From the NCBI GenBank assembly GCA_015490555.1, contig WFXO01000070.1, forward strand, positions 6,606 to 70,605: a stretch of 64,000 nucleotides of DNA, given 5' to 3'. The position numbers and the translations under genes were made by a program. Of the stretch, positions 48,826-57,435 are shown piece by piece. Positions within the stretch are counted from its first letter, which is position 1. The number at the start of each line of letters is the position of its first letter. The notes beneath the pieces were generated by a model. The model had not been told where the DNA came from. It saw only the letters and a list, made by a program, of their open reading frames with translations, and did not search any database. The stretch comes from a candidate division WOR-3 bacterium. Its GTDB lineage: Bacteria > Hydrothermota > Hydrothermia > WGAB01.

Positions 48826-49953
48826 TCAGCGGGTCCAGCGGATCCCCCACGAGACCTGGGTCAGGCGTTCGTAAATTCGGTTCCAGGTCCCGTTTATCCA
48901 TTGGCCGTGGGAAATCGGGGTGACCGCGATCCCAACGTCTATGGTCAGGCCCGGTACGACGGTATGGGAGAGCCCACCGGTGTACGTGGCCAGCCAGAGG
49001 TCTTTCACATAGGACTGGCGGAGCATACCCCCGATCATGAAGGACATCCGCGGGAAGAGTCCATGGCGGATCCCAAAATGGAACCGCCAGATATCCCGAT
49101 AGGCAGAAGAGACCTGGCTCCACGTCTCTCGGCCGATGCGGAGAAAGATCCGGGACGGCCGGCGGGTCCTTGGGGTAAGTTCTGCTGCCAGGTCCCACTG
49201 GCTGGGTACGGCGAGCACGGGATCCGAAAATCCCGACCGATAGGAGACCCCAAGTTTCATCCGGTAGCCCCACCGATAGCCGAGGGCCATCGCGTACCCC
49301 GAGCCACGGAGGTTCAGGGTCTCGGCAGCGATGGAATCCCCGGTCTCTGGGGTCCAGAGATCATAGAAGTGGCGAACCTCGGCGCGGTGCGCTTGATAGG
49401 CCGCTCCCAGGAGCCAGCCCTGGATCTTCAGGCCGAACGCCACAGTGAGCCGGCCCAGGGCCCCAGTCCACTCCTCAATTTCTCTCCGGATCGGCGTGTA
49501 GACATCGAGACGGTCTTCTTTGTCAAAACGATACGTTTTGCTTACCGGACGATCCCAGGAGACCCCGATCCCCGCCTTTCCCGTCGCATAGACGACGGTC
49601 CAACTCTGGAGGAAGAGGTCTGGTTGGTATCGCGAATAGACGGTCGCATAGCCGACCGTATTGTTGAAGGGGTCATAAACCGGTTCACTTCGTTGTTCCT
49701 GGTAAAGGGCCCACTGGCCCGAGGCCTGGGTCTCCCAGCCCTGGTGGAGGGCGACCGATGCCGGATTTTTCATGATCAACCCGGGCGAGAAAAAGACGGC
49801 ACCTGCGAGCGCCAGATCCTGGGTCGTGGGATAGGCCATGGGGTCTCCGGACGCCTGGCCGGCCTCCAAAAGGGTCCAGGTCATGAGTTGTGAAACCAGT
49901 AAGAGAGAGCCGATCATGAGGGTTCCTTTTCTTTTTCTTTTTTGGGCTTCCAA
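48826..49953 (-). CDS. Putative outer-membrane beta-barrel protein, hypothetical
   Basis: Signal peptide, alternating Y/W-rich beta pattern, and a C-terminal 'IRWTR' aromatic/positive end. Confidence 0.4.
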   Translation of the reverse strand: MEAQKRKRKGTLMIGSLLLVSQLMTWTLLEAGQASGDPMAYPTTQDLALAGAVFFSPGLIMKNPASVALHQGWETQASGQWALYQEQRSEPVYDPFNNTVGYATVYSRYQPDLFLQSWTVVYATGKAGIGVSWDRPVSKTYRFDKEDRLDVYTPIRREIEEWTGALGRLTVAFGLKIQGWLLGAAYQAHRAEVRHFYDLWTPETGDSIAAETLNLRGSGYAMALGYRWGYRMKLGVSYRSGFSDPVLAVPSQWDLAAELTPRTRRPSRIFLRIGRETWSQVSSAYRDIWRFHFGIRHGLFPRMSFMIGGMLRQSYVKDLWLATYTGGLSHTVVPGLTIDVGIAVTPISHGQWINGTWNRIYERLTQVSWGIRWTR

Positions 49954-50474
49954 ATTACGTACAGGGCATAGATCACAAGTCCAATGGTAATGGCTGCGTC
50001 GGCCAGATTAAACACCGGCCATCGATACCGGCCGATCCCCACATCGACGAAGTCCACGACGGAGCCAAACCGGATGCGGTCCAAGAGATTCCCGAGTGCT
50101 CCCCCCAGAAAGAGACCAAAGATCCGGATCGGCACTGGATCCTTTTCCACAACCAGGGCCACCACGATAATCAGGGTCGCGATCAATCCGGCGAGGGGAT
50201 AAGGAAAATTGTTCCCCAGGGAAATGCCGAAGAGTGCGTTTGGGTTTCGGATGTAGGTCAGGCGGACGAAGGAACCGAGGACCGGGATAGAGTGGCCATA
50301 GGGAATCAAAGAGGCAACGGCCGTTTTGGTCAGGAGATCCAGAAGTAAGACAAAAGCCGCAATGAGAAGGCTTTGGAGTTTAGGTGACCAGGTCCTGCGC
50401 GCAGCGGGCGCAGAGTCGGGTGGCGGGGAGTAGGTCAAGCCGTTCCTCCTCGATCGGGTTGCCACATTGTTCAC
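49914..50474 (-). CDS. lspA: Lipoprotein signal peptidase (signal peptidase II)
   Basis: 'NPNALFGISLGNNF...NLLDRIRFGSVVDFVDVG...WPVFNLADAAITIG' LspA motifs. The start is uncertain: the frame overlaps dksA by ~95 nt, so GTG 50474 or TTG 50438 are both possible. Confidence 0.7.
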   Translation of the reverse strand: MNNVATRSRRNGLTYSPPPDSAPAARRTWSPKLQSLLIAAFVLLLDLLTKTAVASLIPYGHSIPVLGSFVRLTYIRNPNALFGISLGNNFPYPLAGLIATLIIVVALVVEKDPVPIRIFGLFLGGALGNLLDRIRFGSVVDFVDVGIGRYRWPVFNLADAAITIGLVIYALYVIWKPKKEKEKEPS

Positions 50475-50724
50475 AGATGCCGTAGGTTCCTTGGGCGATC
50501 CGACGGAGGGCTTCTTCGATCTCCTGGATCTGGGTCATGAGGCGTTCTGTATGGGCGGCATGGAGGGTCCGCTCCTGATCCCGGAGCGCCATGTCGGCTA
50601 AATGGTCGCTGTATCGCTTTTCGTCATAGACCATCTGCTGGATGGTCTGATCGTACCGCTCGAGTTCCTGTTTGCGAAGCAGGAGTTCTTGCTCTAAGCG
50701 GGTTTTGTACCGTTGCAGGTTCAT
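50380..50724 (-). CDS. DksA/TraR-family C4-type zinc-finger protein
   Basis: Coiled-coil N-terminus and 'CEQCGNPIEEERLDLLPATRLCARCA' C4 finger. Confidence 0.7.
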   Translation of the reverse strand: MNLQRYKTRLEQELLLRKQELERYDQTIQQMVYDEKRYSDHLADMALRDQERTLHAAHTERLMTQIQEIEEALRRIAQGTYGICEQCGNPIEEERLDLLPATRLCARCAQDLVT

Positions 50725-51824
50725 TCCAAGCGCACGGGCATCATTAAGAACAGGAGAGACTCATCATCTAAGGACGTCGCCGGGTCGATCCGGAGGGCGG
50801 TATTCGGGGTATAGACCCGGATCAAGACCTCTTCATCGTCAATGTGGCGGATGATGTCCAGGAGATACTGGGCATTGATCCCCACCTGCAGTTCATCGCC
50901 GACATAGTTCCCGGACAGGTGTTCCTCGGCATCGCCGATCTCTGGGGAAGAAGCCAGCAAGCGGACCCCTTCCGTGGAGAGGTCCATCCGGATGGTATGG
51001 CTCGGGGATTCCGTAAAGGGCAAAATGCGCTTGATGCTGTCCTCTAATTCTGCTTTTGCGATGCGGAACACATTGCCATCCGGGCGAGGGATGACGTCTT
51101 CGTAATTGGCATACGGGCCTTCAATAAGGCGGCTGACCACCCGGGTCCGGCCCTTCTCGAAGCCGATTTGGCTCTCGGAAAAGAGGACCTTTACGCCTTC
51201 TTCGGTGTGATCCCGTTTGCGGAAGAACTCCAGCGCATCACGGGGAATGATGACATCGGCGCTCCCACGGAAGTCTCCGCTGATCACACGGTAATAGCCG
51301 AGCCGGTGGGCGTCCGAGGCTACAAACCGGAGTTCTCCGTCCCGGAGTTGCCACAGGATGCCGTTGAGGTAGGCCCGTGCATCGTCCTTGGCCGCACAGA
51401 ATCCCACATATTCGATTCCCTTTCGAATCACAGCCCAGGGGATTTCCACAACCTCCGGCGCAGAGACCTCACGCATCGGAGGGAAATCTTCTGGCGGGGT
51501 CCCGATGAGGTTATAGACCCCGGTCCGCCCCATAATCTTGGCTGTACGCGGCTGTGCTTCGATCTGGATGGGACCGGAAGGGATGTTGCTGACGATGGTT
51601 AAAAGGGGTTTGCCCGGCAGGGTAATCACCCCGTCCTCTTCTCCCTGGACCTCAATAGTGTCCTGGATCGAGAAGTCCAGGTTGGTCGCATAGACCGTGA
51701 GGTCATTCCCTTCCAAACGGAGCAGGATGTTGTTCATGATGGGAATAGGCGAAGAACGGGGGAGCGCCAGGGCGACCTCCTGCAGGACATCCTGGAAAAC
51801 CTCTTTCTCCACAGAAAACTTCAT
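50721..51824 (-). CDS. dnaN: DNA polymerase III beta subunit (sliding clamp)
   Basis: 367 aa, 'MKFSVEKEVFQDVLQEV' N-terminus and a three-domain pattern. It lies immediately downstream of dnaA. Confidence 0.9.
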   Translation of the reverse strand: MKFSVEKEVFQDVLQEVALALPRSSPIPIMNNILLRLEGNDLTVYATNLDFSIQDTIEVQGEEDGVITLPGKPLLTIVSNIPSGPIQIEAQPRTAKIMGRTGVYNLIGTPPEDFPPMREVSAPEVVEIPWAVIRKGIEYVGFCAAKDDARAYLNGILWQLRDGELRFVASDAHRLGYYRVISGDFRGSADVIIPRDALEFFRKRDHTEEGVKVLFSESQIGFEKGRTRVVSRLIEGPYANYEDVIPRPDGNVFRIAKAELEDSIKRILPFTESPSHTIRMDLSTEGVRLLASSPEIGDAEEHLSGNYVGDELQVGINAQYLLDIIRHIDDEEVLIRVYTPNTALRIDPATSLDDESLLFLMMPVRLE

Positions 51825-51941
51825 CGCTTCACAACCTCCTCTTTGTCAATTTTAAAGCAATCAGAAGAAGTAGTAGGGTGGAAAAGTGACGGAACTCCTT
51901 GGTACACAGCCACTCACCCCATGGGAAAACTTTTTCATAAC

Positions 51942-53288
51942 TCAGCGAAGACCCAAGAGGTCTTGGATTTTCCCCACCTGTTCCCGGAAGGTTTCCTGCC
52001 TTTGGAGTAAGGCCTGGGCCTTTCGTACACTGTTCAGGATGGTGGAGTGATCCCGTTTCCCCAGGTGGCGGCCGACTTCCTCCAGGCTATAGCCCAGGAT
52101 GGAATGCAAGATATATGCAACCGCATGGCGTGCACGAACAATCGGGGCGTGCCGCCGTTTTCCCACAAGATCCCGGACACGCACCCGGAAGACACGAGAA
52201 GCCATCCGGATCACATCGTCAGGCGAGGGCGGTGGACTCTCGCGCACAAACTCCTCCAGGATCTCCCGAACGGTTTCAAAGGTGAGTTCCTTCCGGAGCA
52301 GGGTCTGGGCCGCCTTGAGACGATTGATACACCCCTCTAATTCCCGGATGTTGTCCCGAACCCGTTCGGCAATGTAGAGCAACACTTTCCGGGAGAGACG
52401 GAGGCCGACCTCTTCGGCCTTCACCCTGAGAATCTCAATGCGCGCTTCCAGGTCTGGTGGCCCGATCTCGATGATCAACCCGCCCTGGAGTCGCGAGACC
52501 AACGAGGGCGAAAGCGTGGGAATGTCCCGGGGATGGCGATCGGACGTCAAAACGATCCGCTTGTTCATGGATTGGAGGAAGTTGAGCGTGTACACCAATT
52601 CTTCTTGCAACATATTCTTGTTCCGAAGGAACTGGATGTCGTCAATCAAGAGCACGTCCAGGGAACGGAACTTACGTCGAAAGTCCGCCATCTGGTCGTT
52701 CCGGAGTGCGGAGATCAGTTCGTTCATAAGGTTCTCTGCCGGGGTGTAGAAAATGCGTAGGTGGGGGAAGTTCTCCAGGATGTAGTTGCCGATGGCATGG
52801 AGGAGATGGGATTTGCCCAGCCCGGACCGTCCAAAGAAGAGGAGGGGATTGTAGAGAGGGGTCAGGGGGTCCCGGGCCACGGCAATGGCCGCCGAATAGG
52901 CCAGTTGGTTATGGTTCCCGACCACAAAGTTCGAAAAGATGAACCGGCGCTGGATCCGGGAAGCGGGATGGAAGGTCAAAACCCGGGGGCTCCGTTTGGC
53001 CGTCGGAGACCCATTGACCACGTATTCGACTTCCAACGGGGTCTGTAGGTCCGCGAGGACGTCCCGGATGAGATCTGAAAAGTGTTCCCCCAGCCATTCC
53101 CGAAAGAACTCATTGGGGACAGAGACCAGGAGGCGATGGCCTTGGATTTCGAGGCCCCGGGTGTTTTGAAACCAGGTCCGGAACGTGCGATCTGAAACGC
53201 GGGTTTGGACGCCTTTCAGGATCTTTTGCCAGAGGGTGTTTGCATCCGAACGTTCCGCAGAGTCTGATCCACCAACGCTACGCCTCAT
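51942..53288 (-). CDS. dnaA: Chromosomal replication initiator DnaA
   Basis: AAA+ 'LFFGRSGLGKSHLLHAIGN', 'VLLIDDIQFL', and a C-terminal DNA-binding domain 'HSTILNSVRK'. Confidence 0.9.
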   Translation of the reverse strand: MRRSVGGSDSAERSDANTLWQKILKGVQTRVSDRTFRTWFQNTRGLEIQGHRLLVSVPNEFFREWLGEHFSDLIRDVLADLQTPLEVEYVVNGSPTAKRSPRVLTFHPASRIQRRFIFSNFVVGNHNQLAYSAAIAVARDPLTPLYNPLLFFGRSGLGKSHLLHAIGNYILENFPHLRIFYTPAENLMNELISALRNDQMADFRRKFRSLDVLLIDDIQFLRNKNMLQEELVYTLNFLQSMNKRIVLTSDRHPRDIPTLSPSLVSRLQGGLIIEIGPPDLEARIEILRVKAEEVGLRLSRKVLLYIAERVRDNIRELEGCINRLKAAQTLLRKELTFETVREILEEFVRESPPPSPDDVIRMASRVFRVRVRDLVGKRRHAPIVRARHAVAYILHSILGYSLEEVGRHLGKRDHSTILNSVRKAQALLQRQETFREQVGKIQDLLGLR

Positions 53289-53629
53289 CTATCCCCCCTT
53301 TCTCGTTTAGGAAAATCCGCTGGGGTCCGGGACCAAACGCAAGGCCAATTATTAGGACAAAGCCGCCTGAGTGTCAATCCACAGGGTAACCTCCTGAGCC
53401 CCAAGGGGTAGAGAATGCCCCCGGATCCAAAGGGATTGTGGAAAACTCTGCGGAAAACCGATGGATCCCCTTGGGGGCCAACGTGTTCGGGACGGGACGA
53501 CGCAAAACACTGAAAATAGGCCTATTTTGAAGACAAAAGTCAAAAATTTCGGTCCATGCTCTGGCTTGATGAAGGCTACCGGTTCGCCTTACTCTATGAG
53601 CCACAACGATCAACGGAGGGCCGAGGACC
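53289..53629. promoter_or_regulatory. Candidate oriC / dnaA promoter region with DnaA-box-like 9-mers and an AT-richer stretch
   Basis: 'TCAATCCACA' at ~53374-53383 and 'TGTGGAAAA' at ~53437-53445 (7/9 and 8/9 matches to TTATCCACA / TGTGGATAA). A relatively AT-rich segment lies at ~53520-53550. Gene strand switches here: minus to the left, plus to the right. Confidence 0.45.
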
Positions 53630-54820
53630 ATGGCAAAACAGGTAATCCTTTCTGGCATGCGACCCAGTGGCAAACTGCATCTGGGGCACCTGGTCGGCGT
53701 CCTGGAAAACTGGAAACGGCTTCAGGAGACCTATATCTGCTACTTTGAGGTGGCCGACCTCCACGCCCTGACCACGGAATACAAGAACACCCAGGAGATC
53801 CGAACCAACACCCTTGAGATGGTCAAAGACTGGATCGCCGTCGGCATTGATCCAAAAAAGGCGACCCTCTTTGTTCAATCGGAAGTCAAGGAACACACGG
53901 AACTCCACCTCTATTTCTCCATGCTGGTCAGCCTGAGCCGACTCCTCCGCAATCCTACCTTCAAGGAGTACATCGCCGACCTTCAAGCAAAAGAACTTCG
54001 AACCTCTCGAAAACGACTCCTGGAGGATGTGGCTACCCGAACCATCGAAAAGTTCCTGGCCTTTGTGCAGTCCAAGGAGTTTAAGCCCGAAAAGGTGGGC
54101 GAGAAGCAGTATCAGGGTGTGCTCAAGGCGAAACTCAAGGATCAGTTCGTCGAAGCCTTTTCCGAGGGCTTTGTGGCGAGCGACCAGGAGGAACTCTCCT
54201 ATGGACACCTGGTCAACTATGGCTTTCTGGGTTACCCGGTCCTCCAGGCCGCGGACATCCTGCTGTACAAAGGGGAACTTGTTCCGGTTGGGGAGGACCA
54301 GGTTCCCCATATCGAATTGACCCGTGAGATCGCGCGCCGGTTCAACCAACTTTACAAAAAGGTCTTTCCCGAACCCAAGCCCCTCTTGACCGAATTCCCC
54401 CGGGTCCCGGGCACCGACGGCAAACGGATGTCCAAAAGCCGGGGCAATACCATTCTGATCTCCGAGACCCCAGAAAGCCTCCGCAAGAAGATCCGGAGCA
54501 TGTTTACGGACCCGGAAAAGATCCGGAAAGGCGATCCAGGCCATCCAGAACGTTGCCCGGTCTTTGCGTTGCACCGGATCTTCAACCGGGAGGAGACCCC
54601 GCAGATCGAAAAAGATTGTCGGTCCGGCGCCCTGGGATGCGTGGAGTGTAAACTGAACCTGACCGGCAAAGTTGAAGCCTATCTGACCCCGATCTGGGAA
54701 CGCCGAGCCGCGCTTTCCGACGATCAGGTGGTCGAGATTCTCCAGGAAGGGACCCGCCGGGCCCGCGAAAAGGCCCAGGAAACCATGCAGGAGGTTAGGG
54801 ACGCCTTAGGACTCTTTTAG
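53630..54820 (+). CDS. trpS: Tryptophanyl-tRNA synthetase
   Basis: HIGH-type 'PSGKLHLGHLVG' and KMSKS 'KRMSKSRGN'. It is 396 aa with a ~60-aa mid-protein insertion relative to typical ~330-aa TrpRS. Confidence 0.9.
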   Translation: MAKQVILSGMRPSGKLHLGHLVGVLENWKRLQETYICYFEVADLHALTTEYKNTQEIRTNTLEMVKDWIAVGIDPKKATLFVQSEVKEHTELHLYFSMLVSLSRLLRNPTFKEYIADLQAKELRTSRKRLLEDVATRTIEKFLAFVQSKEFKPEKVGEKQYQGVLKAKLKDQFVEAFSEGFVASDQEELSYGHLVNYGFLGYPVLQAADILLYKGELVPVGEDQVPHIELTREIARRFNQLYKKVFPEPKPLLTEFPRVPGTDGKRMSKSRGNTILISETPESLRKKIRSMFTDPEKIRKGDPGHPERCPVFALHRIFNREETPQIEKDCRSGALGCVECKLNLTGKVEAYLTPIWERRAALSDDQVVEILQEGTRRAREKAQETMQEVRDALGLF

Positions 54821-54867
54821 GGGCCCAACAGAAGGGTCCGGAGTGATCGGGGACAGGAGCAAGACTG

Positions 54868-55674
54868 ATGACCGGTGAGGCCGAGCCATACGGCGAACCG
54901 CATAAGGTCCCGCGAGCCTATCAGTTTGTAGACTTCAGTGACTATGCGCGTCCCCTTGCCGATTGGGCCGTCCACCGATTGGTCCATACCCCGGTTTCCC
55001 CTCATCTCATCACCCTCTTTTATGGCATCCTGGGGCTCTGGGCGGCGATTCTCTATGCCCGAGGGACCTGGCCGGCGGGCGCCCTGGCCGGCCTCCTTCT
55101 GATCCTGAAGTCCCTTCTGGACGCGATGGACGGTGCACTCGCACGCGCCCGAAACCGGCCCACCAAGGCCGGCCGGTTCCTGGATTCGAATCTCGATTTT
55201 CTGATCAACGCGGCCGTGGTGGCTGGCATCGCACAGGGTTACCCCATTTCCTGGATATGTGCCGTGCTGGCTTTCCTCTCCATGGAGATCCAGGGCTCCT
55301 TCTATCATCACCTCTATGTCCTCTATCGCCACCGGGTCGGCGGCGACACCACCGCAACCCCCCGGGAAACACCGACCCCTTATCCCTATGAGTCTCCGAC
55401 GCTGGTCCGGGTGCTTTTCACGGTCTACCGCATTTTCTATGGATGGCAGGATGCCTTTGTTCGCTGGGTCGTCCAGAGGCTGAAGATCCACCCGACCGGC
55501 CGGCGTTTCCGGTCGTTCCTGACCCAGATTTCCGTTTTCGGCTTAGGCTTTCATCTTCTGATCCTTGCGATCTTCTCCTGGTTTCACGCGCCACACCTGG
55601 CTTTGATCCTCTTCTTTACGGTCTTCAATGTCTACCTTGGCGCGCTCCTGTGGAGTGCGGCCGGGAGGCGATAA
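54868..55674 (+). CDS. CDP-alcohol phosphatidyltransferase family protein
   Basis: 'DAMDGALARARNRPTKAGRFLDSNLDFL' matches the D-G-x2-A-R...G...D-x3-D signature. Polytopic membrane protein. Confidence 0.75.
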   Translation: MTGEAEPYGEPHKVPRAYQFVDFSDYARPLADWAVHRLVHTPVSPHLITLFYGILGLWAAILYARGTWPAGALAGLLLILKSLLDAMDGALARARNRPTKAGRFLDSNLDFLINAAVVAGIAQGYPISWICAVLAFLSMEIQGSFYHHLYVLYRHRVGGDTTATPRETPTPYPYESPTLVRVLFTVYRIFYGWQDAFVRWVVQRLKIHPTGRRFRSFLTQISVFGLGFHLLILAIFSWFHAPHLALILFFTVFNVYLGALLWSAAGRR

Positions 55675-56685
55675 ATGGCGGGCCACCCCCGACTTCCGGA
55701 AGGCAAACTGGATCATGAATTCCTGAAACGTCTCTTAGGGAAACTTCCCTCTCAGCATGAGGCGGTCCTCTTGGGGCCGATGCCGGGCTCCGACGCTGCC
55801 CTCCTCCGCCTGGGAAACGTCCTCTATGCGGTGACCTCGGACCCGATCACCTTTGTCACGGCCCGACTCGCAGAGTACCTCATCCAAGTCAATGCGAACG
55901 ATTTGGCCGTCTGTGGGGCCCGACCGGAATTCCTTGTCCTGGACCTTTTGTTGCCACCGGAGACCTCAGAGGACGAACTCGAAACCCTATTTGAAGATCT
56001 CCGCAAAAAGGTTGAGGCGCTTGGCATCACCGTTGTCGGCGGCCATACCGAAGTGACGGATGCGGTCCAACGGATGGTCGCCATCGGGACCCTGTGGGGA
56101 CGGGTGGTCGCGCCCCACCTGCATCCTCACGCGGTCCGGCCTGGAGATCGGCTCCTGCAGGTGCGTCCGGTCCCGATGGAGGGGATGGCCATCCTGGCCC
56201 AGGAGATCCCGGATCGGCTTCGGGCAATCCTATCTGAGCGAGAAATTGAGCGATGCCGGAGGTTCCTGGATGATCCAGGGATCGGCGTCTTACCTTTGGC
56301 GGAGAGGATTTGGGCCTTGCCAGAGGTCCACTGGATGCATGACCCGACGGAAGGGGGAATCGCGACGGCGATCCACGAGATGGCGATGGCGACGGGCCTG
56401 GGCATTGAGGTTGAGCAAAGCCGGATCCTGGTGATCCCGGAGGCCCAAAAAGTTGCCGCTGCATTTGGGTTTGATCCGCTAGGCCTGATTGCGTCCGGGA
56501 GCCTGCTGGTGGCCGTGGCGCCGGAAGGCGTGGAAAAGGTTCTCCAGGTGTTCAAGAAGGCGGGCGTGCCAGTTCAGGAGATCGGGGTCTTTCAGGAGGA
56601 ACCCGTCGTATCCGTTCAGACCCCTACGGGGTCAAAACAGCCCCTTCCCCTCTTCCCTCAGGACGAACTGACCCGCCTTCTGTGA
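55675..56685 (+). CDS. AIR-synthase-related (PurM/HypE/SelD-like) protein
   Basis: 'VNANDLAVCGARPEFLVLDLLLP...VVGGHTEVT' PurM-like N- and C-domains. The start codon directly abuts the previous stop (TAAATG). Confidence 0.6.
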   Translation: MAGHPRLPEGKLDHEFLKRLLGKLPSQHEAVLLGPMPGSDAALLRLGNVLYAVTSDPITFVTARLAEYLIQVNANDLAVCGARPEFLVLDLLLPPETSEDELETLFEDLRKKVEALGITVVGGHTEVTDAVQRMVAIGTLWGRVVAPHLHPHAVRPGDRLLQVRPVPMEGMAILAQEIPDRLRAILSEREIERCRRFLDDPGIGVLPLAERIWALPEVHWMHDPTEGGIATAIHEMAMATGLGIEVEQSRILVIPEAQKVAAAFGFDPLGLIASGSLLVAVAPEGVEKVLQVFKKAGVPVQEIGVFQEEPVVSVQTPTGSKQPLPLFPQDELTRLL

Positions 56686-56695
56686 TCAGGGGTGT

Positions 56696-57289
56696 TCAGC
56701 GAAAGGTGAGCCCGTCACTCGTGGTGATCAATCCCCGGTAGAGGAATGAGATCTGGCGGAGCGCGGCCTGGAGGTCAAACTCCGTCAATGCAGAGATCCC
56801 GTCTTTGGGGACCACGACCTTATAGAATCGCAGGGCGGCACTTCCGGCGGTGTGCAGGACGCAGATGTTTGCCACCGTACCGACGATTACGACGGTCTCG
56901 ATACCCAGGAGCCGCAGATATTCGTCCAGAGGGGTGCCGTAGAAGGCATCGTACCGGGTTTTGCGAATGATGTAATCCCCGGGCTCCGGTTTCAGTTCGT
57001 CTACGATCTCCCAGCCCTGGGTGCCTTCCACAACGTGTTCCCCCCAGATCTTGAATTCCGGATCGTCCGGGCGGTGGGTATCCTGGGTGTAAAAGATCGG
57101 GACCTTGGCTGCGCGGGCCTTGGCGAGGACCTTTTGGATCGCCGGGATCGTGTCTTTGGCGGTGGGTACGGCGAGTTTCCCGTCCGGATACACAAAGTCC
57201 TTTTGCATGTCCACCACGATGACGGCGGACCCTTTGGCGTCTAACTCAACCCGATCTTGAATCGGAATCTCCGGAACTTCCACCATCAT
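56696..57289 (-). CDS. Isochorismatase-family cysteine hydrolase (nicotinamidase-like)
   Basis: 'AVIVVDMQKDF...YTQDTH...KTRYDAFYGT...VIVGTVANICV' with the catalytic Asp/Lys/Cys triad pattern. Confidence 0.75.
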   Translation of the reverse strand: MMVEVPEIPIQDRVELDAKGSAVIVVDMQKDFVYPDGKLAVPTAKDTIPAIQKVLAKARAAKVPIFYTQDTHRPDDPEFKIWGEHVVEGTQGWEIVDELKPEPGDYIIRKTRYDAFYGTPLDEYLRLLGIETVVIVGTVANICVLHTAGSAALRFYKVVVPKDGISALTEFDLQAALRQISFLYRGLITTSDGLTFR

Positions 57290-57435
57290 TTCACCTCCCC
57301 AGATTTGAACGTTGTCCCTAAATTATGAGGCCAGAGCAGACGTAGTCTTGCGAAAAAACCGTTGACTTTATCTGGAGTGTGGTCAAAGAGGGGAACAGAA
57401 TAACCGTGTACGTACGCACAAGATTTGCCCCACTC

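Noticed and set aside
48769-49893. 374-aa plus-strand ORF
   Set aside because: Antisense to the putative outer-membrane protein gene. It is Pro/Gly/Arg-rich and low-complexity, with no signal of a real protein.
50380-50474. 95-nt overlap between the annotated lspA start and the dksA 3' end, considered as evidence of a frameshift or pseudogene
   Set aside because: LspA motifs are intact downstream. The overlap most likely reflects use of a downstream non-ATG start (e.g. TTG at 50438) or a genuine same-strand overlap. There is no evidence of disruption.
53594-54574. 326-aa minus-strand ORF
   Set aside because: Antisense to trpS, which has HIGH and KMSKS motifs, and it overlaps the origin region. 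Spurious.
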